Source: Pedobacter caeni (GTDB taxonomy: Bacteria; Bacteroidota; Bacteroidia; Sphingobacteriales; Sphingobacteriaceae). Taken from it: 32,000 bases of DNA. The stretch is from NCBI RefSeq assembly GCF_900129215.1, contig NZ_FQUQ01000003.1:776029-808028 (forward strand), given 5' to 3'. The position numbers were made by a program, and so were the translations under genes. Shown piece by piece: positions 22,077 through 30,333 of the stretch. The notes below the pieces were generated by a model, which was not told where the DNA came from, did not search any database, and was given only the letters and a program-made list of their open reading frames with translations. Each line of letters opens with the position of its first letter. Within the stretch, counting starts at the first letter, position 1.

Positions 22077-24363
22077 AAAAGACCTTAAAGACACCCTGAA
22101 CACGTTTTACAAGCTCGATGCTGAGGTAAAGAAAATCGCTGGTTATGAAGAACAGAATTTCCTGCTGAATACTAAAGAAGGAGTACAGTTTATCTGTAAA
22201 GTAAACCCTGCACCTTATGATGAATATTACCTGGATGCACAGATAAAGGCTTTACAGTTTTTATCGGCTACACCGCTGGCAGCTAAAGTACAAACCTTAA
22301 AACCCAACCTGGAAGGACAGCTGATCACTAAAACTGAAATCAACGGACATCAGTATTGCATCAGGATATTGTCTTTTCTGAAAGGCACTTTCCTTGCAGA
22401 TCTTCCTGTATTAACTCCGGAGTTGTTAACAGATCTTGGCATTACCCTGGCAAAAATGGACCAGGAACTGAAAACTTTTAATCATCCTGCAGTATACCGT
22501 TTTAACGAATGGGACCTGGCCTATGTACTGGCTTCCAAAGAGAACCTCCACTTTATTCAGGACCATGAAAAGAGAAGGATTGCGGCTTACTTTCTCCTTC
22601 AATATGAAATGGAAGTAGTTCCACTGATGTACCATCTGAGAACGGCAGTAGTTCATAATGATGCCCACGACCTGAATGTACTGGCCGATCAGGATAAAAT
22701 AACCGGATTCATTGACTTTGGGGACATCGCCAAAACACAGCTGGTACACAACATTGCCATTACCCTGACTTATGTGATGTTCCGTCAGGAACAACCCCTT
22801 CAGGCAGCAATAACCGTGTTAAAAGCCTATCACCAGGAATACAACCTTACGGAACAGGAAGTGTCCATTCTTTATTACCTCATCGGGGCGAGGTTAAGTT
22901 TAAGCGTCACGCAGTCGGCCAGTAAGAGGGCACAGGGTGATAATGAACATCACTTTGTTTCCGAAAACGATGCCTGGAAATTGCTGTTCCAGTTGTTGAA
23001 GATCAATCCGGTACATGCTCAGAATGAGTTTAACCTCGCCTGTGGCTTTCCAAAAGTAAGTCCGGCAAAAGAAGCACTGGAAATCCTGCTCAAACTGCGA
23101 AAAGAGCGAATCGGAGCTAACCTGAGTATCAGCTATAAGAAACCACTGAAAATCGTTAAAGCTGCATTTCAATACCTGTACGATGATCAGGGAGATACAT
23201 TTATCGACTGTGTCAACAATGTCAGTCATGTGGGACATTGCCATCCTACTGTAGTGCGGGCAATGCAGCAGCAGGCGGCAAAGTTAAACACCAATACGAG
23301 ATACCTGCATGATAGTTTACTGGAGTACGCAAAGCTGATTACCGATAGCCTGCCGGCACCTTTAAGCGTATGTTATTTCACGAATTCAGGAAGTGAAGCC
23401 AATGACCTGGCGATCCGGATCAGCAGGCATTATACCCGTCAGAAAGATGTGATTGTACTGGATCATGCTTACCATGGTACTTCTACAGTGGCGATGGAGC
23501 TCAGCCCATATAAATTTGACGGACCAGGTGGCGCCGGGCAGGCTGCGCATATCCATAAAGCGATGAACCCGGATCTGTATCGTGGCACCTACCGTTACGG
23601 AGATGGTCTGGCAGGGGCAAAGTATGCCGCAGATGTAGAACGTCTGATAGCGGCACTTAAAACGGCTGATAAAGGCGTTGCTGCCTTCATCTGTGAGACC
23701 TTGTTAGGCGTAGGAGGCCAGATCCCTTTGCCACCGGACTATCTGAAAGAAGTATACCAGCATGTACGGGCTGCCGGCGGACTTTGCATCGCCGATGAGG
23801 TACAGGTTGGCTTTGGAAGGATCGGAGATCATTTCTGGGGATTTGAATTGCAAAATGTAGTGCCGGATATCGTGGTTCTGGGTAAACCTATCGGAAACGG
23901 ACATCCTATGGCTGCGGTGGTGGTTACTGCAGAAATTGCTGCTTCTTTTAACAACGGAATGGAATATTTCAATACTTTTGGGGGGAACCCGGTTTCTATG
24001 GAAACGGGGATTGCGGTGATGAAGGTGATCAGGGAAGAAGAGCTGCAGCAACAGGCCCTGGAAACAGGGAATCACCTGATGGTAGGCCTTACAAAACTGA
24101 TGGAAAATCATCCCCTGATCGGAGAAGTGAGAGGGCATGGTCTTTTTGTTGGAGTAGAGCTGGTAAGGGATCAAAAGACCCTGGAGCCTGCTGTTCCTGA
24201 AATAGACCTGATTGTGGAAGAGATGAGGAACCGTGGGTTTTTATTGAGCACAGATGGCCCTTTACACAATGTGATCAAAATCAAGCCGCCTTTGGTATTC
24301 TCCAAAGAAAATGCGGATGATCTGGTGGCTAATCTGGATGAGGTATTGTATAAAATTAAATAA
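22063..24363 (+). CDS. Bifunctional fusion: N-terminal APH-fold kinase (hydroxylysine-kinase/HYKK-like) plus C-terminal class-III PLP enzyme of the ETNPPL/PHYKPL (AGXT2L) phospholyase type
   Basis: 766 aa with no signal peptide. The start overlaps the GH63-like stop by 14 nt. Kinase motifs are 'GYEEQNF', the catalytic loop '[11 protein letters not shown]' (nt ~22651-22683) and 'GFIDFGD' (nt ~22705-22725). The PLP domain begins at about aa 345. It carries '[11 protein letters not shown]', '[16 protein letters not shown]', 'LDHAYHG', 'SPYKF', '[11 protein letters not shown]', the PLP-Lys motif 'GKPIGNGHP' (Lys at 23884-23886), '[13 protein letters not shown]' and 'VIKIKPP'. As I recall the human ETNPPL sequence, these are colinear with it. 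Confidence 0.8.
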
Positions 24364-24366
24364 ATA

Positions 24367-25266
24367 ATGAAGCATAAAACGCTGACCGGAGTACTGAACG
24401 GACTCTTAACCCGATATAAAGAACGTGTTCCTGATGTTGCAGGAATCATCAATGCGATGATTGCTGAAGGAATTATCGAAAATTTTGAAGAAATAGAGAA
24501 CGACCATGTGGCCTTCCGGACTTTAGGTGTTCCCCATTTGGGGATTGCCTCCTTGGAAAAAGTGTTCCTGGCCTATGGTTACGAGAAAAAAAGTCCGTAT
24601 CATTTTTCAGAAAAGAAACTGGATGCCTGGTGGTATGCGCCACCTTCTCCTGAGTTTCCCCGCATTTTCATTAGTGAACTGATCGTAAGCCAGCTTTCTG
24701 AGCGGGCACAGACCTTGATTCATAAATATACGGATGCCATTACCAGCGATCCCGTAGATGCACTGGACCTGAATGATGATGCTGCGGTTGACGAATTCCT
24801 GCACAGTCCGCTTTGGGAAACACCAACAGTAGAAGATTATACAGAACTGATGGCGGAAAGTGAATATGCGGCATGGACCATTTATAACCGCTATTACCTG
24901 AACCATTTCACGATCAGCATTCATAACCTGAAAGAAGGCTACAATAACCTGGAGTCATTTGATCAGTTTTTACTGAAAAACGGGTTCAAGCTGAACGATG
25001 CCGGTGGAGAAATCAAAACAAGCAGCGATGGGGCATTGTTACAAAGCTCAACCGTAGCCGAATTGGTAGAAGCCAGCTTTGCTGATGGCAAAAAGAAGGT
25101 CATTGCCGGTTCTTATGTAGAGTTTGCAGAGCGAAAAGTCTTAACGGAATTTGCAGGTCTTCCCGCTTCGGAGATTAACAATACCCACCGGAGAGAAGGC
25201 TTTGAAGCCGGAAATGCAGATAAAATATTTGAGAGTACTTTTATCTCTCAAACGAGTAAAAAATAG
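24367..25266 (+). CDS. DUF1338 family metalloenzyme (VOC-fold; HglS-like 2-oxoadipate dioxygenase/decarboxylase candidate, short form)
   Basis: 299 aa with no signal peptide. It starts 3 nt after the fusion gene stop. The DUF1338-type motifs are 'NDHVAFRTLG', 'YYLNHFTISIH', 'SYVEFAERK' and 'RREGFEAGNADKIFESTF'. Confidence 0.7.
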   Translation: MKHKTLTGVLNGLLTRYKERVPDVAGIINAMIAEGIIENFEEIENDHVAFRTLGVPHLGIASLEKVFLAYGYEKKSPYHFSEKKLDAWWYAPPSPEFPRIFISELIVSQLSERAQTLIHKYTDAITSDPVDALDLNDDAAVDEFLHSPLWETPTVEDYTELMAESEYAAWTIYNRYYLNHFTISIHNLKEGYNNLESFDQFLLKNGFKLNDAGGEIKTSSDGALLQSSTVAELVEASFADGKKKVIAGSYVEFAERKVLTEFAGLPASEINNTHRREGFEAGNADKIFESTFISQTSKK

Positions 25267-25268
25267 TG

Positions 25269-25315
25269 TTGCACCCATTAAATCTATCATAGATTTAATG
25301 GGTGCAAATTTTTCT
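25269..25315 (+). terminator. Strong rho-independent terminator closing PUL-2
   Basis: Perfect 18-bp stem TTGCACCCATTAAATCTA(25269-25286)/TAGATTTAATGGGTGCAA(25290-25307) with a 3-nt loop and an ATTTTTCT tail. Confidence 0.9.
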
Positions 25316-25400
25316 ACCTTCAGGTTTATGAACCTTTAGACGTTCTGTCTCCAAATCGTAAACGCTGCTTCCTTTTTTTGATATTTTAATGCCCTGACAA

Positions 25401-25434
25401 AGGATAGTCCATTCTTTTCGTAGGATAGTCTATT
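25401..25434 (+). repeat. Direct repeat AGGATAGTC(C/T)ATT x2, 21 bp apart, upstream of the PSCyt/DUF1549/DUF1553 gene
   Basis: Copies at 25401-25413 and 25422-25434 match at 12 of 13 positions. The centre-to-centre spacing is 21 bp, about two helical turns. They lie 83-116 nt upstream of the ATG at 25517, so this is a candidate transcription-factor site. Confidence 0.35.
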
Positions 25435-25516
25435 GAACTGCTATTCCTTTCCTTTAACTTTATGAATAGGGTTGGGAATTAAATTGATCAACACACGAAA
25501 CCAAATAAATCTTTGT

Positions 25517-27835
25517 ATGTATCGCAGGCTTTTCTATTTAATGCTGGCGTTCGGCGTGATCGTATATACGATACAGGCCTGTAATTCGTCGGGCAGTCAG
25601 GTTGCTGAAGAACAGATACCCGATCAGGTCAGTTATAATTTTCATGTCAGACCAATCCTGTCGGATAAATGTTTCGCCTGTCATGGGCCGGATGCCAATA
25701 AACGGGAAGCCGGTCTAAGGCTGGATATTGCTGAAGAGGCTTATAAGGCATTGAAAGAGAATCCTTCTGCACATGCACTTGTTCCATTTAAACCGGAGGC
25801 CTCGGAGCTTTTCCTACGCATTTCCTCAACGGATTCTGCCCTGATGATGCCGCCTAAATCTTCCAATCTGAAACTAAGCACCTATGAAATTTCCATGATA
25901 GAGAAATGGATCAAACAGGGTGCGAAATACGAACGGCATTGGGCCTTTAACCCACCAAAAGCTCAGGTTGTTCCAAAAGTTAAAACCGAAGACTGGGCAA
26001 AGAATGAAATCGATCATTTCATCCTGGCAAAGCTGGAACAGAAAGGGGTAAAGCCGAATCCCGAAGCGGATAAAGAAAGACTGTTGAAAAGACTCAGCCT
26101 CGACCTGACCGGCTTACCTCCAGAGATAGCTGTCATGGACAAATTCCTGGCTGATGGCAGTAGTAATGCTTATGCGAAAGTTGTGGAATCCCTGTTGCAA
26201 AGTCCTGCATATGGAGAAAAGATGGCACTTCACTGGCTGGATGTTTCCCGTTATGCGGATTCTCATGGTTATCAGGATGATAATTATCGTTCTCAATGGC
26301 CATGGAGAGACTGGGTGATTCATGCTTTCAATAAAAATATGCCTTACGATCAGTTCATTACCTGGCAGCTTGCCGGAGATCTTATGCCGGATGCGACTAA
26401 AGAGCAGCTACTTGCAACAGGTTTTAACCGCAACCATAAAATCACAGAAGAGGGCGGGGTAATTGATGAAGAATACCGGGTAGAGTATGTGACCGATCGT
26501 ACGAATGCCTTTGGCAAGGCATTATTGGGCATTACTTTAGAATGTGCACATTGCCATGATCATAAATACGATCCTTTCTCTCAAAAAGAATACTATCAGG
26601 TGTTTGCCTTTTTTAATAACGTAAAGGAAGTCGGACTGGAGTCCAGTGTTGGCGGCCCGGAAACTTATGCCAAGAAGCCGCTGATGGAAATCAGCAATGA
26701 AGATGTTAAAAAGATATTGTCCTTTGTCAATAAACAGGACACAAGCCGGTTGATCGTTTCGGTAATGGGCGACAGAGATACCCTGAGGAAAACCTATATC
26801 TTAAACCGGGGAGTCTACGATGCCCATGGTACGGAAGTAGAGGCTGGAACACCTAAATCGGTTTTGCCTTTTGGAAGTCAATACGCCAAAAACCGGCTTG
26901 GATTGTCCAGATGGCTGTTTGATAAACAAAATCCACTGACTTCCAGGGTTTTTGTGAATCAGGTTTGGCAGGAGTTTTTTGGACGTGGGATTGTAAAGAC
27001 CTCAGGAGATTTCGGGATGCAGGGTGAGCTGCCTTCCCATCCGGAATTGCTGGACTGGCTGGCGGTAGATTTTATGAACCACGGTTGGAACATCAAGCGT
27101 TTGGTGAAGCAGATCGTCAGTTCTGCCACCTATAGACAGTCGGCGGTCGTGTCTGAAGAAAAATTAAGGACAGATCCTGAAAATATTCTCCTCGCAAGAG
27201 CTCCGCGTTACCGCATTCCGGCAGAATCTGTTAGAGATGTGGTACTGGCAAGCAGCGGCTTGCTGGTGAAAACCATTGGAGGGCCGAGTGTAAAGCCTTA
27301 CCAACCTGGAGGACTTTGGGAGGCGGCCACTTCCGGACGCGGCATCCTGGCCAATTACAAGCAGGATCATGGTCAGAGTCTATACAGAAGGGGTATGTAT
27401 ACTTTTATCAAACGTACCGTGCCTCCTCCAACAATGAGCATTTTTGATGCCAGCAACAGGGATCAGTGCGAAGTGAAGCGATTAAACACGAATACACCTC
27501 TACAGGCATTGGTGATGCTGAATGATCCGACGGTGCTGGAGGCCTCCCGCGTACTGGCGGCGAAATTATTACAGGAAAATACTGCTGTGGAAGCGAAAGT
27601 GGTCAAAGCATTTCGCCTGATTGTATGCAGGAACCCGAATGAAAAAGAAACCAAACTCCTGAGTTCCTATTATACAGACCAGCTAAAGGTTTTTTCCCAA
27701 AAATCAAAGGCTGAAAAGCTACTGGCTGTAGGAGAGTACCCGATTCCGGATAAAATCAATAGAAGTAGCCTGGCGGCAATGATGGCAGTCATGACCACCA
27801 TTTACAATTTGGAAGAAACGATTACAAAAACCTGA
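25517..27835 (+). CDS. PSCyt (Planctomycete-type cytochrome c, CxxCH) - DUF1549 - DUF1553 domain protein
   Basis: The ORF track starts at a TTG (25472). The inner ATG at 25517 gives a signal peptide (MYRRLFYLMLAFGVIVYTIQAC), possibly of lipoprotein type. It has the heme-type motif 'ILSDKCFACHGPDANKREAGLRLD'. DUF1549-like motifs are 'WAKNEIDHFILAKLEQKGVKP...LLKRLSLDLTGLPP' and 'ECAHCHDHKYDPFSQKEYYQVFAFFNN'. The DUF1553-like C-terminus reads 'MYTFIKRTVPPPTMSIFDASNRDQCEVKRLNTNTPLQALVMLNDP'. Confidence 0.85.
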   Translation: MYRRLFYLMLAFGVIVYTIQACNSSGSQVAEEQIPDQVSYNFHVRPILSDKCFACHGPDANKREAGLRLDIAEEAYKALKENPSAHALVPFKPEASELFLRISSTDSALMMPPKSSNLKLSTYEISMIEKWIKQGAKYERHWAFNPPKAQVVPKVKTEDWAKNEIDHFILAKLEQKGVKPNPEADKERLLKRLSLDLTGLPPEIAVMDKFLADGSSNAYAKVVESLLQSPAYGEKMALHWLDVSRYADSHGYQDDNYRSQWPWRDWVIHAFNKNMPYDQFITWQLAGDLMPDATKEQLLATGFNRNHKITEEGGVIDEEYRVEYVTDRTNAFGKALLGITLECAHCHDHKYDPFSQKEYYQVFAFFNNVKEVGLESSVGGPETYAKKPLMEISNEDVKKILSFVNKQDTSRLIVSVMGDRDTLRKTYILNRGVYDAHGTEVEAGTPKSVLPFGSQYAKNRLGLSRWLFDKQNPLTSRVFVNQVWQEFFGRGIVKTSGDFGMQGELPSHPELLDWLAVDFMNHGWNIKRLVKQIVSSATYRQSAVVSEEKLRTDPENILLARAPRYRIPAESVRDVVLASSGLLVKTIGGPSVKPYQPGGLWEAATSGRGILANYKQDHGQSLYRRGMYTFIKRTVPPPTMSIFDASNRDQCEVKRLNTNTPLQALVMLNDPTVLEASRVLAAKLLQENTAVEAKVVKAFRLIVCRNPNEKETKLLSSYYTDQLKVFSQKSKAEKLLAVGEYPIPDKINRSSLAAMMAVMTTIYNLEETITKT

Positions 27836-27838
27836 TAT

Positions 27839-29290
27839 ATGGAAAAGGATTTTTTAGAACATGGTCTCAACTTTAACAGGCGCCGTTTCTTATCGAAGCT
27901 GAGTCTGGGCCTTGGCAGTGTGGCTTTAGGGTCATTGCTTATTCCCGATCTTTTCACGGGTGGTATGGACGAAAGCAGTCTTCCTCCGGGAATTCCTGAT
28001 TTTGCGCCCAAAGCGAAAAGAGTGATTTACCTCTTTCAGAATGGGGCGCCTTCGCAGCTGGAATCTTTTGATTATAAGCCTAAGCTGAGGGAGATGATGG
28101 GGCAGGAACTTCCTGCTTCTATCCGTGCGGGACAACGACTAACCGGAATGACGGCCAATCAGGCTTCCTTTCCCTTAGTGGGCTCTTACTATGATTTTAA
28201 ACAATACGGCGATTCCAGAGCATGGGTCAGCGACCTGTTTCCTTACACCGCAAAAGTGGTGGACGACATTTGTATCATTAAATCGATGCATACAGAGGCG
28301 ATCAACCATGATCCGGCCTTAACCTTCTTTCAAACCGGTGCCCAGCAGGGCAACAGGCCAAGTATGGGCGCATGGCTGAGTTATGGCCTGGGCAGTGAAA
28401 ATAAAAACCTCCCTGCTTTCACGGTATTGCTTTCCAGGGGAAAAGGCAATGGGCAGGGGGTCTATTCCAAACTTTGGACCAATGGCTTTTTGGATTCCAC
28501 GCATCAGGGGGTGCAGTTTAGCAGTGGTGAGGATCCGGTCCTTTACCTGAAAGATCCTGAAGGGCTCAACAGATTTGAAAGAAGAAAGATGCTGGATAAA
28601 TTGTCTGAGCTAAACGCCATTTCTTCTCAGGAATTCGGCGATCCGGAAATCAGTGCAAAAGTGCAGCAGTATGAGATGGCTTACCGGATGCAAACTGCCG
28701 TGCCTGAAGTGACTGACCTGAGCAAAGAACCCGATGATATCATTAAACTTTATGGTCCCGATTGTCTGGTGCCAGGCACCTTTGCTGCCAATTGTTTGCT
28801 GGCAAGGAAATTAAGTGAAAATGGGGTCCGCTTCGTTCAGTTGTACCATCAGGGCTGGGACCAGCACGGCAATCTTCCTTCGGAAATGGCCGGACAGGCC
28901 AAGGATGTGGATCAGGCTTCGGCTGCATTGATCACCGATTTGAAACAAAGGGGATTACTGGACGAAACGCTGGTGATCTGGGGCGGTGAGTTTGGCCGGA
29001 CCAATTACAGTCAGGGGAAGATGACGAAAGACAATTATGGAAGGGACCACCATCCCCGCTGTTTCAGTATCTGGATGGCCGGAGGAGGAGTAAAGCCTGG
29101 TATTGTTTATGGGGAATCGGATGAGTTTGGCTATAACGTGATTTCTAATCCGGTACATGTACATGATTTTCAGGCTACGGTTCTCCATCAGCTTGGGCTG
29201 AATCATGAGAAACTGACTTTTAAACATCTCGGGCGCCGGTATCGGCTAACCGATGTTGCCGGCAAGGTGGTTAAAGACATCTTAATCTAA
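27839..29290 (+). CDS. DUF1501 domain protein (alkaline-phosphatase/sulfatase-superfamily-like) with a twin-arginine signal
   Basis: 483 aa, starting 3 nt after the upstream stop. The Tat motif is 'NRRRFLSKLSLGLGSVALG'. DUF1501-type blocks are 'VIYLFQNGAPSQLESFDYKP', 'HTEAINHDPALTFFQTG' and 'GRDHHPRCFSIWMAGGGVKPG'. Confidence 0.85.
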   Translation: MEKDFLEHGLNFNRRRFLSKLSLGLGSVALGSLLIPDLFTGGMDESSLPPGIPDFAPKAKRVIYLFQNGAPSQLESFDYKPKLREMMGQELPASIRAGQRLTGMTANQASFPLVGSYYDFKQYGDSRAWVSDLFPYTAKVVDDICIIKSMHTEAINHDPALTFFQTGAQQGNRPSMGAWLSYGLGSENKNLPAFTVLLSRGKGNGQGVYSKLWTNGFLDSTHQGVQFSSGEDPVLYLKDPEGLNRFERRKMLDKLSELNAISSQEFGDPEISAKVQQYEMAYRMQTAVPEVTDLSKEPDDIIKLYGPDCLVPGTFAANCLLARKLSENGVRFVQLYHQGWDQHGNLPSEMAGQAKDVDQASAALITDLKQRGLLDETLVIWGGEFGRTNYSQGKMTKDNYGRDHHPRCFSIWMAGGGVKPGIVYGESDEFGYNVISNPVHVHDFQATVLHQLGLNHEKLTFKHLGRRYRLTDVAGKVVKDILI

Positions 29291-29298
29291 AATACTTT

Positions 29299-30324
29299 AT
29301 GGAAAGAAGAACATTTATAAAACATACTGCTGTGATTTCAGCGAGCTTTTTTATTGCAAAAGACCTGTTTGCAAAACCAGTGGGACCTGTTTATGGGCAT
29401 AACGATATGCGTTACAGACTGGATGTCAAATGGGGACAGTTAAATCCTTTAAAGAATCCTGTAAACGATTGTCATGAGATGGTTCAGGACTCCAAAGGAA
29501 GGATTATTCTACTCACTAATGAGACGAAGAATAATATTCTGATCTATAATAAGTCGGGTAAACTGCTGAACTCCTGGGGACATGAATTTCCGGGTGGACA
29601 TGGGCTGAGCCTTGCAAAAGAAAACGGTAAAGACTATCTTTTCATCACTGATACAAACAGGCATCAGGTCTATAAAACAACGCTGGACGGAAAGGTCCTG
29701 ATGACGATTGATTGTCCGATGGAGACCGGTCTGTATAAAAAGAAGGAAGAGTTTGTGCCAACGGAGACGGCAATAGCTGATAACGGTGACTTCTTTATTG
29801 CGGATGGTTATGGCCTGCAGTACGTTTTTCATTACAGCGCTGATGGTAAGCTGCTCAGCTACTTTGGAGGCAGGGGAGCAGAAACTAAACATTTGGACAA
29901 TGCCCATGGAATATGTATTGACCAGCGTCTGGAAAGTCCTTCTTTGTTGGTTACCGATCGTACAAGGAATTGTTTTAAGCGTTTTGACATGCAGGGAAAC
30001 CTACAGGAAATCATCCGGTTGCCGGGAGCCTGCGTTTGCAGACCTGTGATCAAAAACGATTACCTCTACGCTGCGGTGTTGCGCTCACCGGACCTGAATA
30101 AAGAAGGCAGTGGGTTTACGACGATCTTAGACAAAAATAACAAGGTGGTTTCCAATCTGGGAGGAACTGAACCGGTATATAAAGATGGGGTATTGCAACC
30201 CATGGTACAGGCAGAAAAGATTTTGTTAAACCCACATGATGTCTGTGTTGACAATGATGAAAACCTATATGTTGCCCAATGGGCTTCGGGTAAAGTTTAT
30301 CCTTATAAATTTACAAGGGTCTAA
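29299..30324 (+). CDS. Six-bladed beta-propeller, NHL-repeat / peptidyl-alpha-hydroxyglycine amidating-lyase-like protein with a twin-arginine signal
   Basis: 341 aa. The Tat motif is 'MERRTFIKHTAVISASFF'. There are repeated blade-like segments ('GHGLSL...YLFITDTNRHQVYKTTLDGK', 'DFFIADGYGLQYVFHYSADGK', 'PHDVCVDNDENLYVAQWASGKVYPY'). The fold call is from pattern only. Confidence 0.65.
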   Translation: MERRTFIKHTAVISASFFIAKDLFAKPVGPVYGHNDMRYRLDVKWGQLNPLKNPVNDCHEMVQDSKGRIILLTNETKNNILIYNKSGKLLNSWGHEFPGGHGLSLAKENGKDYLFITDTNRHQVYKTTLDGKVLMTIDCPMETGLYKKKEEFVPTETAIADNGDFFIADGYGLQYVFHYSADGKLLSYFGGRGAETKHLDNAHGICIDQRLESPSLLVTDRTRNCFKRFDMQGNLQEIIRLPGACVCRPVIKNDYLYAAVLRSPDLNKEGSGFTTILDKNNKVVSNLGGTEPVYKDGVLQPMVQAEKILLNPHDVCVDNDENLYVAQWASGKVYPYKFTRV

Positions 30325-30333
30325 TTTTTATTT

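Noticed and set aside
29299-30324. Idea that the PAL-like NHL propeller (peptidyl-alpha-hydroxyglycine lyase-like) acts on hydroxylated or collagen peptides and so belongs to the hydroxylysine locus
   Set aside because: It is separated from PUL-2 by a very strong terminator and a 200-nt promoter region. It is tightly packed with the DUF1549/1553/1501 genes. The link rests only on a superficial 'hydroxy-amino-acid' analogy with no sequence-based support.
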